DNA of 64,000 nt from Macrostomum lignano. Taxonomy: Eukaryota. The notes below the pieces were generated by a model. It did not search any database, was not told the origin of the DNA, and saw only the letters and a program-made list of their open reading frames with translations. Where the stretch lies: the NCBI GenBank assembly GCA_002269645.1, contig NIVC01000319.1, forward strand, positions 496,001 to 560,000, given 5' to 3'. The translations under genes and the position numbers were made by a program. Of this stretch, positions 37,302 through 49,125 are shown piece by piece. Position 1 is the stretch's first letter, and every line of letters begins with the position of its first letter.

Positions 37302-40300
37302 ATGGGCTCCTGCCTGTCATGCAGAAAATGCCAGCGATATTTTTATTACATCCGTGCCAGGTAAGTTAACAAATTTAAAAACTATTCATTTGGGCGACAA
37401 ATCGCTTTTTGATTCTTCTCTTGAGCAATCCTGCTGCGCTCCCTTTAAGGCGGGCTTTGAAATCCAAAAACCGGCGAGTTGGGGGCCGCGGCAACTCCAT
37501 CGAGTTCAACGATCTCATTGATGTCAACGATGTGAGTTGCTCTCTGCATTTGCTGAGTAACCTGTTTTTGCATTGCTCATGCCATTGTATTTGAGTGGCA
37601 CTCATTGGCTGCCCCATCTCAATCGCATTTGCAGGGCGTTCTGGACGACTTTGCGCTTGCTGCGTGAGTTGCTTTCGGGTCTGGCTGGCCGACAGACTCC
37701 AAACTGGTCGCTGCAGCTTCTCCCTCTGCTCTTCCTCTCCTCAGTCCTCAGGAAGGGGGGAGGGGGCAGAACGACCCTGAGGGCCAACCCCCAAAACACA
37801 GAGTGTACATTCTTGACGATTAGAAAGCAAGGGTTGTGGGACCTTCGTCGCCGAAATTAAATGCCAAAAAAATCTCATCCGCTCTCTCAGGTTATCTAAT
37901 CGACCTGTATGTTCATGAATTATTACTGGAATTGAAACCGAATCCCCTCCCGCCCTTGCGGTTAGCCGCTCAGGCTTCTGTTTTGAAACCGAATCCCCTC
38001 CCGCCCTTGCGGTTAGCCGCTCAGGCTTCTGTTTTGAAACCGAATCCCCTCCCGCCCTTGCGGTTAGCCGCTCAGGCTTCTGTTTTGAAACCGAATCCCC
38101 TCCCGCCCTGCGCATTGCAATCGCAGCAGCGACCCAGTGGTTGACGCCCAGCATCAGCCCAGGAGCTCCGTGCCGTTCAGCGTCACGAATTACATGCGAT
38201 GGGTAAAGCTGCGGCGCCTTCAGTTCAGCTTGCTGCTTTAGCGAGCTTCTGTTTCGTGTTGTTGCTGTTGTGCCGTGTGGCCCTTCTATTTATGCAAGAT
38301 ACTGCAAGGTTCTGAGCAGCTGGGGAGTCCAATAGCTCATCCGTCATCACTGGGATTAGTTATTATCCTTGCTGTCAGTATCAACAAAGTGCATGTAGTA
38401 CTTTTGATTTACTAGCAGTGTTGTCTGTGTGAATATTAGCAGCTGAGGCTTTGTTATTTTGCTACCAACTGATAATTGTGTATTCCGTTAGCATGCAATG
38501 CTTTGCTGAATCCTAATGCCCCCGTCTAAAGAGTCTCTGCTTAAAAAACAGTTGGAAATTGAGATTCAATCGAAAATTGCAGTTTTTATTATAGAGAAAG
38601 AAAAGTGTCCCTTAGTCATCAAAGAAACATCGTCCCGCACACAGCAATCTTTTTAGAGAAAATCGTCCTCTCCAGCCATGAAAAATCATCCTCTCCAGCC
38701 ATGAAAAATCATCCTCTTTACCCATGGAAAATCGCCCCTTTGCCCATGGAAAACACCCTCTTTACCCATAAAAAATCGCCCTCTTTGCCCAAGGAAAATC
38801 GCCCCTTTGCCCATGAAAAATCACCCTCTTTGCCCATGGAAAACCGCTCTCTTTACTGTTGGAAAATCGCCCTCTTAACGATGAAAAATCGCCCTCTTTA
38901 CCCATGGAAAATCGCCCTCTTTACCCATGAAAATCGCCCTCTTTACCCATGGAAAATCACCCTCTTTACCCATAGAAAATTGCCCTCTTTACCCATGGAA
39001 AATTGCCCTCTTTACCCATGGAAAATTGCCCTCTTAACGATGGAAAATCGCCCTCTTTACCCATGGAAAATCGCCCTCTTTACCCATGAAAATCGCCCTC
39101 TTTACCCATGGAAAATCACCCTCTTTACCCATAGAAAATTGCCCTCTTTACCCATGGAAAATCACCCTCTTTACCCATGAAAATCGCCCTCTTTACCCAT
39201 GAAAATTGCCCTCTTTACCCATGGAAAATCGCCCTCTTTACCCATGAAAATCGCCCTCTTTACCCATAGAAAATCGCCCTCTTTACCCATGGAAAATCGC
39301 CCTCTTTACCCATGGAAAATTGCCCTCTTTACCCATGGAAAATCGCCCTCTTTACCCATGAAAATCGCCCTCTTTACCCATGGAAAATCGCCCTCTTTAC
39401 CCATGGAAAATCGCCCCTTTGCCCATGGAAAACACCCTCTTTACCCATGAAAATCGCTCTCTTTACCCATGAAAATTGCCCTCTTTACCCATGGAAAATC
39501 GCCCTCTTTACCCATGAAAATTGCCCTCTTTACCCATGGAAAATCGCCCTCTTTACCCATGAAAATCGCCCTCTTTACCCATAGAAAATCGCCCCCTTTA
39601 CCCATGGAAAATCGCCCTCTTTACCCATGGAAAATTGCCCTCTTTACCCATGGAAAATCGCCCTCTTTACCCATGGAAAATCGCCCTCTTTACCCATGAA
39701 AATCGCCCTCTTTACCCATAGAAAATCGCCCTCTTTACCCATGGAAAATCGCCCTCTTTACCCATGGAAAATTGCCCTCTTTACCCATGGAAAATCGCCC
39801 TCTTTACCCATGAAAATCGCCCTCTTTACCCATGGAAAATCGCCCTCTTTACCCATGGAAAATCGCCCTCTTTACCCATGGAAAATCGCCCTCTTTACCC
39901 ATGGAAAATCGCCCTCTTTACCCATGGAAAATTGCCCTCTACCCATGGAAAATCGCCATCCCCATCCCCAAAAAATATCCCAGCGACTGCTACGCCGCCA
40001 GCGAGGAGATCCGCTGCCTGATCCCCAAGACACGACGGCGCCGCCGCCGCTGCCACCGGCTGCACCCGGCGTCCGACTGCGGCTCCGACGAGCTCGCCAC
40101 CGACGACACCGCTGACGAGGATGTCATCCTCTTGTACCCCGCCACGCCAGCCGTCTTCGAGGCGCCTCGCACCTCGCCGCCTCCTTCATCAACTGTCTCA
40201 GCCTCCTCCACCTCGTCCGCTGCCCTACTGTTTAACCTTCGCTCCACGGCGCTGCCGCCGAGCAGCGTTGCGGCCGCCTCTGGGGGCTCCTCAGCCGCCG

Positions 40301-42531
40301 CTGCGGCTGCTGCTACTTGCAGTAGTGTTGGCAGCCACTGCGACTCCGACGACCAGTCTTTTGAGGGCTGGTCTGGAAGGCGCTGCGGCAGCCGCCGATT
40401 CGTACACGAGTTCTACAAGGTGGCTCCGGCTTCTGAGCCCTGCTTCTCCCCCTGCCCTACCTATTTCGCCATCCCCAATCATCCTCCTTTGCTAGCGGAT
40501 TCGGGGTTTTCAGTAGAGGTTCTGTGATTTATTTTCACCGGTCAGTGAAGGCTGAGTTGGTTTTGCTTGCAACTCTGGTTTTCATCTTCTGTGTTGATTT
40601 GTTTTTAATTTTCGTTATCAGTGTTGCCGTTTTGTATTTTGTTTTCTTTTAATCAAATCTTTGGCTGTGATTTTGCTTTATTCAGATTAACTGTTTGCCT
40701 GCCACTCCAATAACCTGGGCCACCCTCTCAGAACCTCGGTTGTTGGGCAGACAGCCTTTTAAATTCTCAGTTTCTGGGCCAGCCTCCCAAATCCCCAGTT
40801 GCTGTGCCAGCCTCCCAGATCTTCAGTTGCTTGGCCAGCCTCCCTGATCCTCAGTTGCTGGGCCAGCCTCCCAGATCCTCAGTTGCTGGGTTCTAGCCTC
40901 CCAGATCCCCAGTTGCCGGACCAGCCTCCCAGATCCCCAGTTGCTTGGCCAGTCTTCCAGATCCTCCGTTGCTGGGCAGCCAGCCTCCCTGCAAATCTAC
41001 TTCCGTCATCGCTTACCCACCCGCCAGCTGTCCGACCAGGAGGAGGCCCTCAGAGTCGAAGGCAGCTTCGACCCGGCCGTCTCCGCGACAGACGAAGTGG
41101 CCGCCTCGGTCCGTCCACTGATTGGCGGCGGCAATGAGCAGCGGTTTCCATGGCAACAGCGCCTGCAGCAGCAGCAGAGAGTCGGATCCGAGGCCCGACT
41201 GCGCGGCAGTTCAGCTGCCGGTCAGCTGAGTCCCAGTGAGCTCATTCAGCTGGTCTGCTTAGCAACTGCTCTGTTTACCTTAACTACCTGCTGTGTGGCT
41301 GATTAAATGAAACTGGCGCATTTCAATTCAACCCGCTTCAGCTGATAGCGACGAGAGGCGCTCGCTGGACCTGGACTGGGACCACGAGCCTGGTGAGTTT
41401 GCCTTCTACTTATCGCCTCATCCCACCGCGATTTGAAACCCTAGGGAATCACTAATGATTATCACCATAGAATCAGTTATGATTATCGCCATAGAATCAC
41501 TGATGATTATCACCATAGAATCACTGATGATTATCACCATAGAATCAGTTATGATTATCGCCATAGAATCACTGATGATTATCACCATAGAATCACTGAT
41601 GATTATCACCATAGAATCAGTTATGATTATCGCCATAGAATCACTGATGATTATCACCATAGAATCACTGATGATTATCACCATAGAATCAGTGATGATT
41701 ATCACCATAGAATCACTGATGATTATCACCATAGAATCACTGATGATTATCACCATAGAATCAGTGATGATTATCGCCATAGAATCACTGATGATTATCA
41801 CCATAGAATCACTGATGATTATCACCAAAGAATCAGTGATGATTATCGCCATAGAATCACTGATGATTATCGCCATAGAATCAGTTATGATTATCGCCAT
41901 AGAATCACTGATGATTATCGCCATAGAATCACTGATGATTATCGCCCTAGAATCAGTTATGATTATCGCCCTAGAATCACTGATGATTATCACCTTAGAA
42001 TCAGTTATGATTATCGCCCTAGAATCACTGATGATTATCGCCATAGAATCACTGATGATTATCGCCATAGAATCACTGATGATTATCGCTCCAGAATCAC
42101 GGATGATTATCGCTCCAGAATCGCGGACACATTGCTTCATCCCCGCAGAGATGCTCAGCAGCCTGCGCCGCTCCAACCTGATGCTCCGCTCGGCCACCGA
42201 GGAGGACCTGACCGCCCGAGCCCTCGCCAGGGAGGCCGAGGCCGAGGTGGAGGCCGCTGAGGCGGCGGAGGCGGCCGCGGACTTCGACCTGTTCCCCGGC
42301 CAGACGGCGGCGGAGGCGGCTAGCCTGAGCGGCTCGCTGGCGGAGGCCCCTGGCGAGCAGCTGCTGCTACCGGCCGAGGCGGACGAGCTGGAGTGGAGCC
42401 ACGAGTTCGATACCGGCGGCTTCGGCGGCCGCGGCGGCTCCTTGGCGGCTTCCGCGCCGGCCAACGCGGCGGCAAGTTTTGGCGGCGGCCGACGGCCGAT
42501 ACGGCTCCCGCTTGAGCCGGCGGAGCTGTGA
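37302..42531 (+). CDS. AP1AR: AP-1 complex-associated regulatory protein (gadkin)-like, about 410 aa; exons 37302-37360, 37450-37531, 37635-37663, 39984-40419, 41028-41220, 41342-41392, 42149-42531 (possible 51-nt cassette exon 37752-37802)
   Basis: N-terminal MGSCLSC (acylation-type), RVGG..SIEFNDL, LSDQEEALRVE, SLDLDWDHE, RSATEEDL, ELEWSHEF resemble gadkin motifs as recalled (SLDLEWEDE, RSKTEEDI, GLEWENDF). Junctions sum in frame; the exon at 39984 is the least certain. Confidence 0.75.
37950..38108. repeat. 51-bp tandem repeat x3
   Basis: TTGAAACCGAATCCCCTCCCGCCCTTGCGGTTAGCCGCTCAGGCTTCTGTT units. Confidence 0.9.
38645..39955. repeat. 22/23-bp minisatellite (GAAAATCGCCCTCTTTACCCAT[G])n
   Basis: More than 50 units with alternating lengths, ending just before the acceptor at 39983. 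Confidence 0.95.
40770..40990. repeat. ~29-bp degenerate minisatellite (GGCCAGCCTCCCAGATCCTCAGTTGCT)
   Basis: About 7 imperfect units. Confidence 0.85.
41445..42122. repeat. 24-bp minisatellite (AGAATCACTGATGATTATCRCCAT)n
   Basis: About 28 units inside the last AP1AR intron. Confidence 0.95.
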
Positions 42532-43059
42532 GCTCTGCGGAGTGACAGCTGGGCGCAGTCTTGAGTTTCTAGTCTAGAATGTTTAATTTTTATTTGTTCA
42601 TTATGCATGCCTATTATTAATATACGAGTATTAATTGGCCTGCAATTGTCTTTTTTCAAACCTTTACTCCGAGTATTGTGCGTCCTTTGCTGCTCTGTCA
42701 GTATTTGAAATATTTAACTCAATTGTAACTCAATGCGGTTGCTTAGCTGTGGTATTAATTATTACTACAGTATAATATATGTATGCATAATACTGCAGTG
42801 CGATACTGCAGCTTGTGAGTCATAACTCATGCCTGTCTGTCTAGTCAAAATTTTGTCCTTTTTAAATTATCATCCAGAGAGAATTTAATGAATTATTAAT
42901 GCGAGTCTGATGTCTTCTGCAGCTGTCCAGTTCCTGTCTGCTCGAGGTTGAAAAAGTCCACTGAAAAGTACGGGTGCTGACTGACTGGCCAGTTGAAACA
43001 TCATGTTTATTGCGTAATGTGATATTGACTTCTCATTTTGCTTTTTTGTCAGATTTTTG

Positions 43060-44860
43060 TCAGGCACATCTAGCAGAGATTCAGGCAGATCTAGCAGAGA
43101 TTCAGGCAGATCTAGCAGAGATTCAGGCAGATCTAGCAGAGATTCAGGCAGATCTAGCAGAGATTCAGGCAGATCTAGCAGAGTCAGGCAGATCTAGCAG
43201 AGATTCAGGCAGATCTGGCAGAGTCAAACAGATTTAGCAGAGATTCAGGCACATCTAGCAGAGTCAGACAGATCTAGCAGAGATTCAGGCAGATCTAGCA
43301 GAGTCAGACAGATCTAGCAGAGATTCAGGCAGATCTAGCAGAGTCAGACAGATCTAGCAGAGATTCAGGCACATCTAGCAGAGTCAGGCAGATCTAGTAG
43401 AGAGTCAGGCAGATCTAGCAGAGAGTCAGACAGATCTAGCAGAGAGTCAGGCAGATCTAGCAGAGAGTCAGACAGATCTAGCAGAGATTCAGGCAGATCT
43501 AGCAGAGAGTCAGACAGATCTAGCAGAGAGTCAGGCAGATCTAGCAGAGAGTCAGACAGATCTAGCAGAGAGTCAGGCAGATCTAGCAGAGATTCAGGCA
43601 GATCTAGCAGAGAGTCAGACAGATCTAGCAGAGAGTCAGACAGATCTAGCAGAGAGTCAGGCAGATCTAGCAGAGAGTCAGACAGATCTAGCAGAGATTC
43701 AGGCAGATCTAGCAGAGAGTCAGGCAGATCTAGCAGAGAGTCAGGCAGATCTAGCAGAGATTCAGGCAGATCTAGCAGAGAGTCAGGCAGATCTAGTAGA
43801 GATTCAGGCAGATCTAGCAGAGAGTCAGGCAGATCTAGTAGAGATTCAGGCAGATCTAGCAGAGAGTCAGGCAGATCTAGCAGAGTCAGGCAGATCTAGC
43901 AGAGATTCAGGCAGATCTGGCAGAGAGTCAGGCAGATCTAGCAGAGTCAGGCAGATCTAGCAGAGATTCAGGCAGATCTGGCAGAGTCAAACAGATTTAG
44001 CAGAGATTCAGGCACATTTAGCAGAGTCAGACAGATCTAGCAGAGATTCAGGCACATCTAGCAGAGTCAGGCAGATCTAGTAGAGAGTCAGGCAGATCTA
44101 GCAGAGAGTCAGACAGATCTAGCAGAGAGTCAGGCAGATCTAGCAGAGAGTCAGACAGATCTAGCAGAGATTCAGGCAGATCTAGCAGAGAGTCAGACAG
44201 ATCTAGCAGAGAGTCAGGCAGATCTAGCAGAGAGTCAGACAGATCTAGCAGAGAGTCAGGCAGATCTAGCAGAGATTCAGGCAGATCTAGCAGAGAGTCA
44301 GACAGATCTAGCAGAGAGTCAGACAGATCTAGCAGAGAGTCAGGCAGATCTAGCAGAGAGTCAGACAGATCTAGCAGAGATTCAGGCAGATCTAGCAGAG
44401 AGTCAGACAGATCTAGCAGAGAGTCAGACAGATCTAGCAGAGAGTCAGGCAGATCTAGCAGAGAGTCAGACAGATCTAGCAGAGATTCAGGCAGATCTAG
44501 CAGAGAGTCAGGCAGATCTAGCAGAGAGTCAGACAGATCTAGCAGAGAGTCAGGCAGATCTAGCAGAGAGTCAGGCAGATCTAGCAGAGAGTCAGGCAGA
44601 TCTAGTAGAGATTCAGGCAGATCTAGTAGAGATTCAGGCAGATCTAGCAGAGAGTCAGGCAGATCTAGTAGAGATTCAGGCAGATCTAGCAGAGAGTCAG
44701 GCAGATCTAGCAGAGAGTCAGGCAGATCTAGCAGAGAGTCAGGCAGATCTAGCAGAGAGTCAGACACATCTAGCAGAGAGTCAGGCACATCTAGCAGAGT
44801 CAGGCAGATCTAGCAGAGAGTCAGGCACATCTAGCAGAGAGTCAGACAGATCTAGCCGAG
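43060..44860. repeat. 21/19-bp minisatellite (GCAGATCTAGCAGAGAGTCAG)n with a higher-order duplication
   Basis: About 85 units; the rare variant block GGCAGAGTCAAACAGATTTAGC occurs near 43217 and 43980. Confidence 0.95.
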
Positions 44861-44967
44861 AGTCATTGCCAGCTGCCACTCCGCATTGCTGAGGCTGCAC
44901 CCCAGCGCTGCCAGTTCGCTCTGCAATTCCCCAATAGCCATTAGCTGTCAATCTCAGCCCAGCTGAC

Positions 44968-45764
44968 ATGTCCAGCCTGGAGTCGCTGCTCCTGGAGGCC
45001 CGCCAGCTGGCCGGCCGGCTGCAGTCCCGGGAGGAGGCCGCGGACTCGCTGATCGGAAAGGCGGAGGCGCTGAAGAAGCGCATGGAGGGCCAGCGCCAGT
45101 ACCAGGAGGACGTGTGCCAGCTGTCCGAGCTGGCGGCCTGCAAGCGGCCCCGCGCCCGCCTGCTGGTGTCCATCGCAGCCGAGAACAAGCGGGTGAAGGA
45201 GCTCGAGGCCGAGAATGCCGAACTGCGGCTGTCGCTTGAGGAGCATCAGACCTTCATGGAGGTGCTCATGAACAAGTACAGGGAGCAGATGAGGCGCAGC
45301 GAGGAGGTCGACCTGGCGGCCAGGCAGCAGCCGGCGCTTGCGGCCAGCAGGGAGTCCACGGCGACTCTGGCGCTGCAGGTAGGGATTTGAGCTCGCGAGT
45401 CTGGGATTTTGAGTTCCAGTTCGAATTGTATTTAAATATAAATTTTACTTCAAGCCAATCATACTTGACACGCGCGCAGGAGAAGGTGCAGGAGATGGCC
45501 TGCGTGATGCGCGAGGCCCTGCGCCGCGAGGACGATCACGTCACCCAGCTGGAGGAGGACCTGACCCGGCTGCGGACGGAGAACGCCACCCTGCGCGAGC
45601 TGCTGCGCATCGCCACTGCCGCCGCGGCAGCCGCTTCCGGCTGCGCTTCCCGCTCCGGGTCAACCAGCGGAGCCGCAGCCGGCGCCTCGGTGGGCGGCCA
45701 GAGCCACAGTCGGGCGTCGAGTCGAGTGGGCATCGGGTCGCCTTCGTCGGGCGATTCGGCCTGA
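44968..45764 (+). CDS. FGFR1OP2: SIKE1/FGFR1OP2-family coiled-coil protein (STRIPAK component), 231 aa; exons 44968-45378 and 45480-45764
   Basis: LLLEARQLAGRLQ, ENAELRLSLEEHQTFMEVLMNKYREQM, VQEMACVMREA, ENATLRELL; CAG|GTAG...CAG|GAG in phase 0. Confidence 0.88.
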
Positions 45765-47701
45765 GGTCGCGGGTTCGAGTCGGTGTCTACTTGACGTCAG
45801 TTTCAGGGTTAACTACAAATTTGACACTTCTGTGACGCTTCAGTGTAAATGTAATATTAGCTGAAGAATTCCTGGTTGAATGCACACGGACTGACGGGTT
45901 TGCTGTGGCGCTGTCAGCTGTGATACTCGAGGTCAGCCCTGTCTCTCTGAACTGCATGCAGAAGAACTGTGAAAATTATTAACTTGCGCCTGTTGCACAT
46001 TTGTACCTTATTTGACCTTTGCAAAATTGAGTTCAAATTGAGTTTCTCCCGCAAAAGCAGATCGTACAGTCGCATGATGCCAGTTTTGCTCGGCTGCTTT
46101 TTGTGTCTGCTTTGTTCGAACAAATCCGAGCGGACTGCATTACTGTACTGATGCGCATGCGAGCGCTTCTGTCCTCATTTAATCGCTGATAATAATTCGG
46201 TCTAAGTTCGCATGCTCTGCACCTTTATATAGCAGCTGTGAGCGAGTCTGCATGTCCATCTGCTTGTATCGGAATCTTTGCTAAAGTGTAAGCTATGCTA
46301 TTAAAATAAACAACTTGTCTGTAATATATAATATAATATCAATGTTTAACCGTTTTTTGAAGGCACGTTACTTTAAGTTCTTGTATCTTCAAATGCATCA
46401 TATATTACACCATTTTACCTCCTATTTTGAACAGTCTTATTCAAAAGAAACAAGCAGAACTTCAATTCAAATGCTTTAAGAAATAACAGCCCTTTCGGAA
46501 ATTCAATTCAAACAAAGTGCCTTTCTATTGAAACAGAAGAACTTCAATTCCGACTGTCTGTGGCCAAATCTGTCCCCGAGTGAAGCGCACGCGCAAACTT
46601 GAAATTCAAAAGAAACAAAGTCACATTCTATTTCGACAGAGACTCACGAGATAAAAACACAACAAATCGACTAAAACAAGAGTAAAATGAAAAACAGGAA
46701 CAAGACATTGTCAATTGCCTGTCCACCAAGGCAGCGAGAGACGTATGTAAACACATGGTTGAACCACTCAGTGCACTTGTCCGCAGAGATGCAGCCTGAT
46801 CTGATCATCTGATCTGCAATCTGATCTTCAGCATTCATCTCGTTTCTTGTTGCGCAACGATTGTACAGTTATGCAGTGCAGTAAAAACAAAAAATTAGAT
46901 TAATCTAATAAAAATGTATCTATAGATGCGCAAAAATCACTGTCGAAATAGAATGTGAAACTCGAAATTTCATGGGTTCAAAATCCAGCATCAAGAATTT
47001 TAACGGAGGATTTTGCGTCAGTGGTAAAAAAGTACCTTGACATTGACTTTGACCGGACATACTAAAAAGTAAATGTTTCGAAGGTATCTAAGGCTCCCAT
47101 ATCAATCTTTTTCTTATTGAAAAATTGTTCTAAATGTGCAGTGATGCAGTAGACTAAGCAAATTGCAGGTGCAATTCTGGAAGATTTGGATCTTAGTCTT
47201 CTAATGTTGGAAGATTAAGAGATGAGATGATCCTGTTGAGATGATATCATAGTTTTTGCGATTCTTTGCGGATAATACAGCTTCAATTAATGAGATTTCT
47301 GTGTCCTGAAAGTAAAGGTACCTTACATGGGATTATGAAGCACAGAATGTGCTCGACACGAATGAGCTGGAATCAAAATCCTCACCATTCCAGTTCTGTG
47401 GGCTGCTCGATGGAGAGAGCAGGCAATTAGGGTGCATCTCTAACAGCTTTGCAGCTCCGCGCCACCAACATTCGGAACGGCGCCCGCCTTCCCCACTTGG
47501 CAAATTTTGCTGCTCATCCGCAGCACAGGGCGTCGGAGAGGCTGAGGTGGCTGCAGTCTGAGCTGACAGCTTGGATAACAGCTGGTTGCTAGGGTTGATT
47601 GAGCTCAACAACGGGAGCAGAGATAAATTTTTCTGCATGCAGGATTTCTGCCGACTGCCTCATCCCGAGCCCTCGCATCCGCAATACCGCACTGCAGCCA
47701 G

Positions 47702-48440
47702 CATGGCAACCAGCTTCATCGCTACTCCAGTCTCCGTTCTGCTCGCAGCGGCCTGCCTGGCCCAGCTGGTCCACTGCGAGAGCCTGTCGGCACCGCCTGA
47801 GCAGCCCGCAGTGCCTGCCTGAGAATCTGACAGTGCGGACGGCCCAGACTCCGAGAGGATCATCACGAGTGCCTCATGGAGGCTGGCTCGAGCGGCCTGC
47901 AGGTGGCCCAGTTCGACTCGGACACTCGCCAGTGCTCGCTCTTCCAGTACACCGCAGTGTGCCACCTCATCGATGGACTCGCTGCTGCAGAGAGCTCGCA
48001 GCCCCGCCGCTGTGCCGCATTCGCCAATGACAGAGCCGCCAAGTTCCCCACCTTGAGCAGGAAGCTCATGCTGGGTGTGGGCTCGAAGCTGATGGCCGCC
48101 TGGATGATGAGCGACGATGTGGACGCCAGCAGGAGCAACTTGGTGTGCGGCCAGACGCAGCAGTGGATGTCGGAGAATGTGGAGTGGAGCAGCGAGGGAG
48201 CCAAGCTCGACGGAGTGTCGTCCAAGATGTGGCTGGAGAACGTGGAGTTCGCGAACCTGCAGCAGGGACTCTGTGGCTCGTCAGGCTCAAGCGGGAGATC
48301 AAGCACGAAGCAATTCTTTGCAGCTACGACGGCACCACCGAGAAGAATGGAGTCGTCTTCTGGGAGCATCCACCTTCAAGTGGCCATACTTTCACAGAGT
48401 CGTTTCGAGCCAAACCCCACCGGAAACGAGCTCGTTTGAC
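47702..48440 (+). pseudogene. Frame-disrupted ORF for a secreted cysteine-containing protein (family not identified)
   Basis: Signal-like MATSFIATPVSVLLAAACLAQLVHC. GC3-biased coding continues but switches frame near 47810, 47860 and 48265. Confidence 0.4.
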
Positions 48441-48599
48441 CCAAATTTGTTCGTGGAAGTCGGCATCTCTTTTTTCTCCATTTTTTTTTCTCCAACATTT
48501 TTCTCCAACGGAGGCTTTGAGCCCTCTGGGCAGGTGACTGTGGGAGGCCCATATCCTGAATCGAGCTTTCCCAACTGCACCTGCCTGTTACTCGGATTT

Positions 48600-49125
48600 T
48601 AACCTAACAACTCGCGAATGCTGAGGGCACGGTGCCCTGCACGGTCAAGGACGCGTACCCGCTGCCGCACATGCAGCAAGCATGAATTGCTTTGGTCGGG
48701 TGCTCCTGGTTCTCCACCATCGACTGTCGGCAGGGCTACCACCAGGTGGAGTTGGCGGAAGAGGACCGGTTTAAAACTGTCTTCTATTCGACCTGCGGCC
48801 TGACGCAGTTCCGCAAGACGGGCTTTGGAATTCTCAATGCCCCAGCAACGTTCCAGCGGCTGATGGAGCTGGTGATGCCCGGTCTGTCCTGGGACTCCGC
48901 GCTGACTTACATCGACGACATCATTGTCTTCAACAGGACCTCTGACGAGCATCTGGTGAGACTTGAGCGCGTTTTTTAACGGCTGCAAGATGCGGGTCTC
49001 ATGCAAACTGCACAATGCGAAGAGCGTGTTCGGCCATCGCCGGGTGCTGTACCTGGGACACCTGATCAGCGAGCAGGGTATTGCACCGGACCCCAGCAAG
49101 GTTGAGGTCATTCGCAGCATCCCTA
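48600..49125 (+). mobile_element. Ty3/Gypsy reverse transcriptase relic
   Basis: KDAYPLP, WFSTIDCRQGYHQV, FGILNAPATFQRLM, YIDDIIVF, YLGHLISEQGIAPDPSKV, with a stop and frameshifts. Confidence 0.9.

Noticed and set aside
38605-39960. MENRPLYPWKIALF repeat ORFs
   Set aside because: 22/23-bp array with frame-shifting unit lengths
41418-42659. 413-aa minus ORF and the repetitive part of the 358-aa plus ORF
   Set aside because: 24-bp intronic array; only 42149-42531 on the plus strand is coding
44048-44788. 246-aa LPDSLLD leucine-repeat ORF
   Set aside because: Translation of the 21-bp array with no signal peptide or unique domain; variation among units is not synonymous-biased
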